Notes: generated from the letters alone by a model not told the origin. 57,236 bases of DNA from an uncultured Nitrososphaerota archaeon (GCA_964636085.1 CAZWPQ010000005.1:32730-89965); one strand, 5' to 3'. Shown: positions 11,701 through 20,013, numbered from the stretch's first letter. Made by a program: numbers and translations.

Positions 11701-14668
11701 ATACGTATATCGTTACATTTAGCCCCCTTGAGGCATACGATGGTATGTCATATTGGCCGTCTATCATTATCTTGATAATTTTCTCACCGTTCTTTTCTAT
11801 ATATAACACAGAATCCCATATAGAGAAAGATATGCCTATTGTATTTTTGACATCTATAGATACACTAATTGCATATGACTCATATCCATCAACAATAGTC
11901 ATACCAATGTATCTAAAGTCAGCTATCTCGACCATACCATCAAACTTAAGAGCTGAAAATATACTTTCCTCACCACCTGTACTTTCTGTACTAATGACTA
12001 AATCGGAAAGCGTTATCCCATAAAACCTATGGCCAAATAGTTCTATGTCAATTGATACATCAACATATAGGGCCGAGAGGTCACCATAGACAAAACCTCT
12101 TACGAATGGTTCGAATTCATATGATAAATTGTTCAGAGTCAGCCTAATAGTGTTTACTGATGTTCCAGGCCCAATTATGGGTTCAACTATTTCTAGGTAT
12201 ACTGGAGGATCTATCGTTTCACTATTCATACTTGCATTTGCTTTTAGCGACATTATTTTCATGGGCAGCGGGATATCCTGAGTAAAGTTTACGTATATGT
12301 CTATCCTATCTGGGTACTCGGTGGCATTAATGATATCAACACAACTCCCATATAGTGCTGACTGCTGGCTGAACATGGATGATATTGAATCTATTAATGA
12401 AGCCGCAACAAGCATTCTGAAGTTATCAGTGGAAAAATTTAACCCCCCTAGATCCAGGCTTATGTTACCCGCAACCGAGACGTTTACAGTATATCCTCTC
12501 AGAGTATAGTTGAGGAATTCCAAAAGAGCACTATTGTCATATAACCTAATCTCTACATTGACTTCGCGAATATCAAGAGGCGGTATCTCCACATGGTTCC
12601 ATACTAGTAGTTCCGCAAAAGCTTCCTCAGTTTCATCCATATAAACCAATATGTCGAAATAGCCGATTTCGATGGGGACATTATACTTGTTCTTTATGGC
12701 TACAGTGGCCTCCATGGTGTACGCTCTTGTAGAACCTATTATCTCCTCACCTTTATAACTGACATTTTTGATTTCGAATAAATCTGACATATCGCTCAGT
12801 GACGATAATTGGTATATGTCGCCGCCAAGCATGTTTCCTCTTAGCCGTATTGGGACTTGAGAATAATACCTGCTAAGGAATTTTATATCGACAGAACCAA
12901 TGAATTCGATCTTGTTATACCATGTACTCGTCATAAAGTCATTGACAAAGTCATTCAAGACTGGTGTGGTTTTATCTATCCTGATCTCAACACGAGGAGA
13001 ACATTTTACAATATCTGAGATGCCATTACCAAACAGGTTTATATCGGAAATATATATGGATCCAACATAGTACCCTCTATAAATAATATCTCCATATATG
13101 TTGCTGAGGCGAATGGGCATTCTATCATAGGTTAAATTTACATGCGTAGTTATCACTATATGCCTACCATCGGGGTCAAGCGAGATATCATAATCCCCCA
13201 CGCGGAATTCACGAGCACTCATGTATGAGCCAAAGTCTCCTCCGATCGGCATAAATTGATCAAGCATCCCTGCCTGAGAGCCCTGGTCTCCTCCCATAAA
13301 GTTGTTAAAGGCGGACTTAATGTCTATATCTCTTATCCAGACACCAGCAAAGTAAATATCTATGCTTCCCGAGATATGTGAATTTAATTTTCCATAATAC
13401 AGTAGACTATAGAGGAAGCTGTCAAGATAGTCGTTATCATAGAATGTTATGTTTAAAGAGAAGTTTTCAGATTCTCCAGGGCTTACTAAAACATCACCTA
13501 CTTGGGTTACATGTAAAAATTCTGTTGTTTCAGACTCATTCTTACTCATCACTAGATCTATATTGCCCCATCCAAGTGTCCAATTGAGTGTATTATTGAT
13601 CGTTATGTCGATATAAAAATCATGACGGATTACATTCCCTATGAGTTTCTCACCGAGATATTTTGTCCTAACCCCACTTATTATGTCAGATAGTAAATTA
13701 GATACTGCCGAAAATATACTACCCGTTGTTTCTGATGTGGAGTTCCCACCGCTTAAAATGGTGGAGTATGGTTCTACGTCCCCCTCGAATTCAGCATAAT
13801 TTATCTCTATCCCAAAAATCTCAAGTGAGATTGTGCCACGAGCCTCACCATCGATTGTACCCTCCTTAAGTGCTTTTTCTAGAAAAACTTGGAGGGGCTC
13901 CCCTTTTATGAATCTAATAATTATGTCTGTTTCAAAGTTACCTTTCTGGGGGTCTAAGGTGTATGGCCCCATCTCGAAGTAAAGAACATGGCCAACATCA
14001 TTTATTATATCGAATGATGCCTTCTTTATCTTTACCTCCCCCACTTGTGCGAATTCCGATGGTACTACACCACTAACTCTTACTCTTGCTTCAGCATATT
14101 GTCCAGTTTCTCTTGTTAATGATATATTCTCCACAGAGATTCCTGGCATAAATTGCATTACTGGTGCATCTCCGGTCTGAAGAATACTCTCTAATGAAAT
14201 CGTTATTGGAAATCTCGCTATTGTAAATAAACCAAAGAATGTAAAAGGATACAGTGCCTTTATTTTCCCCTTGAATTTCTGTGTCCGTATGAACTCTTTG
14301 ATAAAATTGATGGTGGCCTCATTCTTGTATAGTTTTATCTGCATTTTGAGTATTCCAACCTGTCCTGGATCGAGTGTTATTGGGCCGATGGACCCCTTCC
14401 CACAAATCCCTCCTGTTTTTTCATCATATATTTCGAACAGTATCTTATCGACTTTTGCAGGTAACCAGAAATTATTTCTAACAAGAACTTTAATTCTGAG
14501 TACACTATATTGACTTGTTGACTCATTCTCCGCATACTCAAAACTAATTAGTTTGTAGTCTAGGCGGGCCAGAGGAACACTTAGAATAATGTTCACTCCA
14601 ATATTGGATATCGCAAACAGCAGGATTATTCCTATAATCTTTTTCTTAGTGAGTCTTATCTTACTCAT
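5768..14668 (-). CDS. Giant (2966 aa) membrane-anchored envelope protein: N-terminal TM/signal anchor, about 17-18 tandem LEA_2/WHy-like beta-sandwich modules, and a unique ~450-aa C-terminal region
   Basis: ATG at 14668-14666. The N-terminus is MSKIRLTKKKIIGIILLFAISNIGVNIILSV. The recurring module pattern is x-V-x-V-x-N-x-x-x-x-P-[IV]-x-[IV] ... Y/F-D-[IV] ... P-x-x-x-x-x-x-[IV]-x-[IV]-x-[IV/L]-Y ... F-L-x-x-L ... G-x-[IV]-x-[IV]-x-[IL]-F-G. Examples are LRIKVLVRNNFWLPAKVDKILFEIYDE...ITLDPGQVGILKMQIKLYKNEATINFIKEFI and VSIDVKNTIGISFSIWDSVLYIE...VNIKIFGIELPG. Confidence 0.9.
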   Translation of the reverse strand: MSKIRLTKKKIIGIILLFAISNIGVNIILSVPLARLDYKLISFEYAENESTSQYSVLRIKVLVRNNFWLPAKVDKILFEIYDEKTGGICGKGSIGPITLDPGQVGILKMQIKLYKNEATINFIKEFIRTQKFKGKIKALYPFTFFGLFTIARFPITISLESILQTGDAPVMQFMPGISVENISLTRETGQYAEARVRVSGVVPSEFAQVGEVKIKKASFDIINDVGHVLYFEMGPYTLDPQKGNFETDIIIRFIKGEPLQVFLEKALKEGTIDGEARGTISLEIFGIEINYAEFEGDVEPYSTILSGGNSTSETTGSIFSAVSNLLSDIISGVRTKYLGEKLIGNVIRHDFYIDITINNTLNWTLGWGNIDLVMSKNESETTEFLHVTQVGDVLVSPGESENFSLNITFYDNDYLDSFLYSLLYYGKLNSHISGSIDIYFAGVWIRDIDIKSAFNNFMGGDQGSQAGMLDQFMPIGGDFGSYMSAREFRVGDYDISLDPDGRHIVITTHVNLTYDRMPIRLSNIYGDIIYRGYYVGSIYISDINLFGNGISDIVKCSPRVEIRIDKTTPVLNDFVNDFMTSTWYNKIEFIGSVDIKFLSRYYSQVPIRLRGNMLGGDIYQLSSLSDMSDLFEIKNVSYKGEEIIGSTRAYTMEATVAIKNKYNVPIEIGYFDILVYMDETEEAFAELLVWNHVEIPPLDIREVNVEIRLYDNSALLEFLNYTLRGYTVNVSVAGNISLDLGGLNFSTDNFRMLVAASLIDSISSMFSQQSALYGSCVDIINATEYPDRIDIYVNFTQDIPLPMKIMSLKANASMNSETIDPPVYLEIVEPIIGPGTSVNTIRLTLNNLSYEFEPFVRGFVYGDLSALYVDVSIDIELFGHRFYGITLSDLVISTESTGGEESIFSALKFDGMVEIADFRYIGMTIVDGYESYAISVSIDVKNTIGISFSIWDSVLYIEKNGEKIIKIMIDGQYDIPSYASRGLNVTIYVFKGKQELGEFLEEILVDYVFNATINGTVNIKIFGIELPGYKFFSNIVMDLADQSGFTEYYDIGGLFNASIRSISVVNENENITEVNVILDAGLIRFPVKVYELSTNFSFINRPDPAISLHLNNIIDLEPSSSAEIDLDFIIYKSDMEYIREFLRRALESRLYPIDIDGYVFMEIFGVNLSLPFHFENFTATATSSQILTTATLPDVSISIADFSYMGVEYINGNKTHRFKLSLDFENIFDIGAEIGPFDIEITRDNVTVVSIYMNHFTIEPYSNTQINMSIWFYSNDYTYYFLRDLIEEELINCSFHGYGNITIFGIEILDINMTYPIVMYIKNAISGGSSSDIPLGQLEICNISIDVLNENTEYAELVIDVNTSNILKLPAKVRYMNISIYKNDNITLEGELLQDIDLSEDNVSLEFYVRLYKNNATRDLIKELVMSKVTGVSIIGELSFYFLEWNFTLSINMSNVAYSSDGTTIGDVGIPIGIDRILRIQRIEQKDERQLWVYFVFNNIVNTTIKFGEFDFAIYFYGERVVYGGMDEFYVAPPLGNTTGVFKIIFEDNDATKQFLENILINKTFEGEIRGNASFSIFGLEIMKIPFAEYVIIDLSTQITGDQSAMSNILPSVISAEVVSSKSYDDYLEINVTLTIDNAPVSISIYDLDIVFSNEYGDIGEILIDQAELSYNKYSTFNVTLRLYDKYPNDALATLIRDYVERGIVDVRINGTTSLVIFGFDIRNIPLDLRISGGMSDIQGENGGVGSIVLPMDQLFMLEEIRQITFDGDSYNLSVNVTARSPLDTLIRLGNADITIYSEGEEALHVQFGGPYSLYSYNDTIINMLLTIYDTKGAHNLLDNVFSAGHVNVSIVGYVDLYLLGAQVERLFLNLSFYQEFDTVGSISQAADSVMSNILQYSVDKIEVIGENGKYANVSVLVNIDDIPIYIKIYDMDLLIENKEGKIARLIVNETAELMPSQQSQMEIRIIVYRGTTALETFINEYIKESSTTINVNGEIEAQLFGGSSRYLSFNIPVDIVNMTYGLEDENGSLIPLDFGSMIQYKDMEYIRGYYDFEEGCNAYELKILSEFINNLNVSLALYNLSFTLTKGNETIIVGTVSNISLSKGTNTSIGVNLVIYDKVETAAFLQDLLNNYIISINVDVHVDLISIFGLNITNISLSEVFGWNISSQLEGSEVQSSVLSLFDMFIGQICVLSEDANTARLQFNITVKNARLPVYVYDMVADLMYQDARVASVVVPYIELSVHNDTSFTVNLTIYKNNKTALQGFLTDLLVKKNVVMDIWGNTTINLFGSEHLNLYVSFKYNDTVYAVDDYYNSLMSGEIDTSSFLDYIISYSAENVSWAVVSENDTHVVFRLNETLWSALNLKIYFMRTWLFMDPLNASTVFALQRLVGDLEVSANDTGEISIDIVFFKNEYLQQFLDNVLHNWEISVWADTIINLEIFGVNITGLEALSAKFAYIITLDTIQGALDSMVEEQVNSVNAEVVYLEPIGYGNWFDKNDELYGGVENSIAYAEKIWERDPAYINVWDYNWTLIKYVQQTGGFGFNVSLINFRARMVFTGIYENGSIASGNEEDFIGEIYIDNLTLVEDSNNTFFAYVRLWRVNRLRPRMPESALKDWLWSMVKLHQYNFSILNVTFSLEMWGCYIENITIDVLNFTGIYDPSSLSDVIKFNGLKSWSVGWNLNEGVYADVTFEIEVPMSPEWLTYYYMLITWDDDPIFFEDTDTCPDDPPASGGFSDNGTHKYSEVEEFKALDPASNPLAHSSNNYWIAPIMVDAPTSLPDYAVWFGTGGSYTLSARLDIEWTDGHHDYFGNIDVDQKYNDEAFTAQGKAEQENANGDAYYLLNWEGIEDGDMWVMVMFSYEVEFLMFWWVIYYYTPMFYITSGDYNPNVINGNITLSTTVYWELHDYYHVHRFIVMRDTNGTIVVKPHPNANYTVNTSVSGLYFYDSCDGAIDTSEPDYSGNYHR
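6870..14570 (-). repeat. Diverged intragenic array of ~140-aa (~420 bp) LEA_2-like modules, repeated at protein level only
   Basis: Module-end markers recur about every 135-150 aa: ISLEIFGIEINY, IDIYFAGVWI, ISLDLGGLNF, VSIDIELFGHRF, VNIKIFGIELPG, VFMEIFGVNLSL, NITIFGIEILD, ASFSIFGLEIMK, TSLVIFGFDIRN, VDLYLLGAQVE, IEAQLFGGSS, VDLISIFGLNIT, TTINLFGSEHL, INLEIFGVNITG. Confidence 0.7.
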
Positions 14669-14749
14669 GAGACATGCCTAATACACCCTATCATCAAAAC
14701 TCCAAAAATTTCACCAACGGACAAATAACGATAAATCAAATACCCAAAC

Positions 14750-14756
14750 AAAAAAA
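14750..14756 (-). terminator. T7 tract (minus strand) downstream of the 1746-aa gene stop
   Basis: Plus-strand A7 at 14750-14756, about 15 nt beyond the stop codon at 14771-14773. The same ~100-bp spacer must also hold the promoter of the 2966-aa gene. Confidence 0.4.
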
Positions 14757-14770
14757 CATTTATAAAGAAC

Positions 14771-17700
14771 CTACACATCCAATTCCTCGTCAATGGTTTC
14801 CTCAGACGCCTCTTCCACGATATCTTCTATCGTAGAGGACGACTTAAGTTTTTTACCCAATATCCTAAGCGATCCAAGAATGGATACCAGTAACAGAATT
14901 ATAAGCGGCATCATCCAGCTTCTAGCCACCTTTCTGGAGGCCTCAACATCCACCTCCAACGTTTGCTCCGTAGCGATATAGTAACTATTCTCACGTATCC
15001 GAACCCTCAATACATGCTTGCCGCCCGAATCTGGATACCAAGAGACTTCAAGATGCCCAATATATGTGGTATTGAGTAGCAACGAGTCATCCACATAAAC
15101 CTCTATAGGCACATTCACTACAGCATCTTCATCATCATCCATTATATCGATGGATATGATTACCTCCTCTCCAACTTTCGGCTTCTCCGATAATTCAATT
15201 TTTATTGAAACTTCCTCTCTATATACGACTAATCCTATATTTCTGGTGGTCTTTCCATACTCTATCGAACCAATAGCATTTATTTTAACCGTGTAATTCC
15301 CAGGAGGTATATCTATAGTGAATGAAATCAATACATATCCGGACTCATTAGTGTAACCATTATAAGCCACGATGGTTTCATTTGGGGTTGGTATTAGGAC
15401 TATTACCGAAACAAAACTCAGTGGGTCGCCATCCATAGTCAATACTCTAGCGATAAAGCTAACATTATCACCATACTCGACAGTTAAAACTGCCGCATCC
15501 ACCTCTAGCTCAAGCCCAAGAGTCTCTACTTTTAATGTAATAATAATATCTTCAGTCAATTCATAGTATCTACTATTTAATAGAACACGTATTGTATATA
15601 CACCTGGTAGTAAATCGAATGGAGGAGGCGGATAATTTATAGCCAATGTTGACGCAAGCGTTGTATTCATTATCAAGTTATCATCCAAATATACCTGAAT
15701 AAACCCAAGTGGGAGTACCCCGGAGCCATCATTATCCCTTACAGATAATATTAATGTATCAGACTCATTATATGTTACCTCCCATATCCATTCATTTCCT
15801 ATATTGGTTGACACCACCAGTTCCTCCCTGATTAAATACAGCCTCGTTAGTTTATATACACTACCCTCATACCAAATACTTGTGGCATTAACATACATAT
15901 TCAGTATCTGCACGGGACAAAGATCACTGAAGTTAAGACTGATTTCGGCATAGCCATTGGTAATGGGGATCATTAATTCCAAATATGGGGAACCATTCTC
16001 TAATAGTACCCGTATTGATACATTACCTATTGTTAGTGGTTCGCCATCATCATCATAGACCATCATTCTGATATCTAAAATGTCGCCCCACTCTATGAAG
16101 CTTGAGTTGACCGCAACTTCCAAGACGCCGATATCATCTCCAGCCACAATGAGTTCTGTACTAGTATTTGTCCCTATAAATCTTTCATCACCCGAAACAT
16201 ATATGTGCATTAGATATGTGCCAGGCACTAGATATGTTGGATACTCTATCCCCCCATAACTAGCGATTTTAAGTTCAAATACTCCATTAAAATCAGTAGT
16301 GTTAGATCCAAGAAATTCCTCAGAATCATTGACAACTAAGTATATGGAAACATTTACATTCTGTGCAGCATTCCCAAATGCATCCTGGATTAAGAGCCGA
16401 ATAATGCCGCCATCCGTGTATGTAAGCGTGATATTTTCGTTAATAATAACCAAAAGCTGTGTCCTCATTATCAAAACAACACTACTATTTTTTGAGGAAT
16501 ATAAATGCTCAAGTTCATCTCCCGAAAATATGGCCTCTAGGGTGTATGTGCCCGCATTAATGTTGACTAACCAGTAAAGAACCGCCCGGCCATTAGCGTC
16601 TGTGTAGTTTTCACCTATCTTTATTCTGGAGACATTTCCATCAGCATCATCCACTACGAAAAATACAACAAGCACCCCCTCGACTGGTTCTCCTGTACTA
16701 TCGTATACATATGCTGCCACGTTTATTCTCTCCCCATAGGACACATTAGAGGGAGAAGAAATATATGTCGCTGTATCCATCCAAACATGCATCCATAGCG
16801 TATAGTTTGATGCTGCAAAGTTCTCAGACCCCCCGAAGCTTATTACTAGGTCATATATCCCCCGGGATATATTAATCAAATACGGGGAAATGATAATGTA
16901 TGCAATAGCATTAGTTTCATTGTAACTATATGTTGTAGTGTTTAGAACACCCACTATTGTGCCCCCATACTTAACATATACATATATCGTCAGGTTATCT
17001 AGGGGCACTACCCCCCCATCGTTTCTCTTAATCTCGAAGCTTAGGTTGTAAGAGGAGGTATAGTTTACTTGAATCTCATCTAGGTCTATGATTATTTCAG
17101 TATTCTCTAGTACGACTTCTAAGTCGTCTAGGCTTACCTCCCTATACGTTTTGTCTCCAGGTTCGTCCGTATCATTATCCCATACCCTTATGCTTAAGGA
17201 CTCGCCCAGCAATATTGGACCAAACATTTCCGTTACTAGTCTATACGTGTAATTACTTTGATACTCTACACTCGCCAGAATAGTAAAGTTCTCTGAACCC
17301 AAAATTACCTGCACAAAACCATCCACCCCGCTTTTGTCATAAACTATAATCACCAAGTATATCCGTTCGTCCGTTTCTATCCTACCATCTCCACCTAACG
17401 GATCCTCGTATACCTCAATATTGAGAATTACTGGGGGGTCATTATCATCATCCATAACTTCACCTATTTCTCTCTTGTCTGAAAACTTGAGAGCTCTGTC
17501 ACCAATGCGATCAGTATCATTGTCCCACGCATATATTGTTATGTATACCTTACATCTTACATAATTCTTCCAGATGGATGGAGGTATCACAACATAAAAT
17601 ATGCTCCCATTCCTATAGATACTATCGTTGGTGAACAAAAACTCTGTATTTTCAAACCAGACAATAAATGTAACATTATATATGCCGCTTGGGTCATCCA

Positions 17701-19981
17701 TCTTTACCCATATAGTATAGTTATCCCACGTATTATCAAATACTAACAATGGTGAGCTTGGATATGTAACCACAGGAGGAGACGAATCATCATCGACAAG
17801 TATCACTTTATACATATTCGAATTTGCCCTATTCCCAGCAAAGTCTATACATTTAGACTCCCAATACAGGGTTATCCTAGTCTCATTACCCCAAACAGAC
17901 GGATCCTTCCAAGTAGCCGAATCTATAACAATATAGTAGAACCTCGTCCCGTCGTAACTGGCTTGAATCCAATCGCTCCATTGGCCCGTATCACCGAACT
18001 TATAGCGGATATATACATAATATACACCGCTTGGAGAATCGAACCAATCTATCTTGAGTACTATAGAGCCCGTAGAATTGTCGAATATCGTTGTACCGTC
18101 ATAGGGATATATCCGATAGAATGCAGGAAGCATGACGTCCAGCATGAATTTCCCTAGAATTGTTGCGTTTTCATTACCAGCGCGATCAAAAGATGTGATA
18201 TATAAGTACCAAACACCCGAGCCCAAACTTATATTCGCCTCATTCTGGGTGGTATTATAGATGAATATTTTCCTTGTGACATTGTTCTTATCCTTGACAT
18301 ATATTTTGTATCCCGCAAGGAGACTTTTCTGATCTTGGTCGTAGCATTGCGACCACTTAACCCATACCCAACTCTGATTCTTCCACAAGTTTATGTCTGG
18401 CAGATAATCAAGAACACTAGGCCTGGTAGGTGGGGCTTCATCTATATTTACCCCGTTCTCCCAACATAGCTCCCATACATCCGTAGAATTCACAGAATAT
18501 TCTTGTATGAATCCATCAACAAAGTCAAATATATCCCATGGCTTATAGTTCGTTATTACACTCCATATGTTACTAAAACTATAATCCAGATGATCTCCAA
18601 TACCATCACCATCCTGATCGTCGTCATTCCCATCTACTATGTCCCATAGGATCCCTGCCACGGCTCTTATTACATCGCTATCATTCTTAAACCCATCTTC
18701 ATCATATACGGGTTCGAGATCTATACGCTGAAAGCTTCCATAATATAGGTAATAGTTATTCCAGTAATCCTTAACCGTCTCAGCGAAAAATAAAGACCAG
18801 CCATTGACCCACGCTGTCGTTGTATTCTGATGTAACTCAAATGCATAATCTACATCAAAATTGGGTGGGCCTAGATCCGCATATGTATCCAGCAAGAATT
18901 GTCCATAAGCCATTAATAGTTCCGTGTAGTTAATAGTGTCCACATTTGGAACATATATCCTTCCATCATCGGGATTATAAAATGCATGATCGGCATCGGT
19001 GGGGTAGTATATAACAGCCGTAGGCGGGTCTACGGACGCCGTATTAAGCATAAAATCGTGAGCAAGCTTTATGACAACACATATATCCGCTAGAGGTCCT
19101 GAGAGAATGTAGGTAATTATTTTGTTATCATCATTTCTATATCTCCACTGATTCTCATCCAGTGTTCTGTCATTCGCATAAATGTCTGTATCTATAGGCG
19201 TACCGTTGACCCATATTGTTACGGCATCCCCGCTGGGAACATTGGGGACATCATCCCACATCCTATATTGATACACATATCCACTGGTATTCTCAATAAT
19301 ACAGACGCCCGAGATATTAGTGAAAAAATGGATGAAAACATCTTGCTTACCGTACCCACCCCACCAACCATCGGTGTTATTAAACTCTAACTCAAATATA
19401 CCCAACTGATTTGTTAATGTCCATCCAAGCCTATCCCAATCGGATGTCGGTCCCCCCATATCCGAGGGATTGATATATGGGAAGTCATAGGGTTGACTAC
19501 CATCAATGTCATAAGCGTTTAGAAAAAGCCCGCCTACAGGCCGATATTTATCACCAACAGCATACCTATCGTAGAATGTTACTCTTCCATACACTTTGCC
19601 ATTACTGGAAAGGGGATCACTTATTTGAGAGCCATTAAAATCCTGAATATAATAGTAAAGCCAGCTGCATCTCACAGCACTATTGCCATCATGTTCTTTA
19701 ATTTTTAGCACAATCCTACTATTCGAGTCTCCATTCGACCCATTTTTGATTCGGGGTCCATGTAAACTCCCGACGGCACTCAGTATAGTTTGGTATTCTT
19801 CATTCTTGCCGATTGGGGATTGAAAAATATTGATCTTTGAGGATCCATCGTTATCTACATTGTTTCTATTATCTAGTTTCCAGAGAAAATGAAGTGTTCC
19901 TATGAGTAACAATATTATAGTTATTACACCAAATACTCGTGTTTTTTTACCTATACTATACCTATTATTCCCAGTAGACAT
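14771..19981 (-). CDS. Giant surface protein (about 1736 aa from ATG 19981, or 1746 aa from TTG 20011), paralog of the gene at 1..5576. It has the same N-terminal architecture, two DDD-linker modules, many prealbumin/Ig-like repeats, and a C-terminal TM anchor with an acidic tail.
   Basis: N-terminus is MSTGNNRYSIGKKTRVFGVITIILLLIGTLHFLW. Shared blocks with gene 1 include VYGRVTFYD..LFLNAYDIDG..LGIFELEFNNTDGWWGGYGKQDVF, AGILWDIVDGNDDDQDGDGIGDH and CWENGVNIDEAPPTRPS. Repeats carry YTDANGRAVLYW, TTDFNGVFELKI and YTNESGYVLISF turns. The C-terminus is SWMMPLIILLLVSILGSLRILGKKLKSS followed by EDIVEEASEETIDEELDV. The track start at 20011 is TTG, and the TATA-like box position favours ATG 19981. Confidence 0.9.
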   Translation of the reverse strand: MSTGNNRYSIGKKTRVFGVITIILLLIGTLHFLWKLDNRNNVDNDGSSKINIFQSPIGKNEEYQTILSAVGSLHGPRIKNGSNGDSNSRIVLKIKEHDGNSAVRCSWLYYYIQDFNGSQISDPLSSNGKVYGRVTFYDRYAVGDKYRPVGGLFLNAYDIDGSQPYDFPYINPSDMGGPTSDWDRLGWTLTNQLGIFELEFNNTDGWWGGYGKQDVFIHFFTNISGVCIIENTSGYVYQYRMWDDVPNVPSGDAVTIWVNGTPIDTDIYANDRTLDENQWRYRNDDNKIITYILSGPLADICVVIKLAHDFMLNTASVDPPTAVIYYPTDADHAFYNPDDGRIYVPNVDTINYTELLMAYGQFLLDTYADLGPPNFDVDYAFELHQNTTTAWVNGWSLFFAETVKDYWNNYYLYYGSFQRIDLEPVYDEDGFKNDSDVIRAVAGILWDIVDGNDDDQDGDGIGDHLDYSFSNIWSVITNYKPWDIFDFVDGFIQEYSVNSTDVWELCWENGVNIDEAPPTRPSVLDYLPDINLWKNQSWVWVKWSQCYDQDQKSLLAGYKIYVKDKNNVTRKIFIYNTTQNEANISLGSGVWYLYITSFDRAGNENATILGKFMLDVMLPAFYRIYPYDGTTIFDNSTGSIVLKIDWFDSPSGVYYVYIRYKFGDTGQWSDWIQASYDGTRFYYIVIDSATWKDPSVWGNETRITLYWESKCIDFAGNRANSNMYKVILVDDDSSPPVVTYPSSPLLVFDNTWDNYTIWVKMDDPSGIYNVTFIVWFENTEFLFTNDSIYRNGSIFYVVIPPSIWKNYVRCKVYITIYAWDNDTDRIGDRALKFSDKREIGEVMDDDNDPPVILNIEVYEDPLGGDGRIETDERIYLVIIVYDKSGVDGFVQVILGSENFTILASVEYQSNYTYRLVTEMFGPILLGESLSIRVWDNDTDEPGDKTYREVSLDDLEVVLENTEIIIDLDEIQVNYTSSYNLSFEIKRNDGGVVPLDNLTIYVYVKYGGTIVGVLNTTTYSYNETNAIAYIIISPYLINISRGIYDLVISFGGSENFAASNYTLWMHVWMDTATYISSPSNVSYGERINVAAYVYDSTGEPVEGVLVVFFVVDDADGNVSRIKIGENYTDANGRAVLYWLVNINAGTYTLEAIFSGDELEHLYSSKNSSVVLIMRTQLLVIINENITLTYTDGGIIRLLIQDAFGNAAQNVNVSIYLVVNDSEEFLGSNTTDFNGVFELKIASYGGIEYPTYLVPGTYLMHIYVSGDERFIGTNTSTELIVAGDDIGVLEVAVNSSFIEWGDILDIRMMVYDDDGEPLTIGNVSIRVLLENGSPYLELMIPITNGYAEISLNFSDLCPVQILNMYVNATSIWYEGSVYKLTRLYLIREELVVSTNIGNEWIWEVTYNESDTLILSVRDNDGSGVLPLGFIQVYLDDNLIMNTTLASTLAINYPPPPFDLLPGVYTIRVLLNSRYYELTEDIIITLKVETLGLELEVDAAVLTVEYGDNVSFIARVLTMDGDPLSFVSVIVLIPTPNETIVAYNGYTNESGYVLISFTIDIPPGNYTVKINAIGSIEYGKTTRNIGLVVYREEVSIKIELSEKPKVGEEVIISIDIMDDDEDAVVNVPIEVYVDDSLLLNTTYIGHLEVSWYPDSGGKHVLRVRIRENSYYIATEQTLEVDVEASRKVARSWMMPLIILLLVSILGSLRILGKKLKSSSTIEDIVEEASEETIDEELDV

Positions 19982-20013
19982 GGATAGCACTGCAATGTTT
20001 ATAATTCGCAAAA

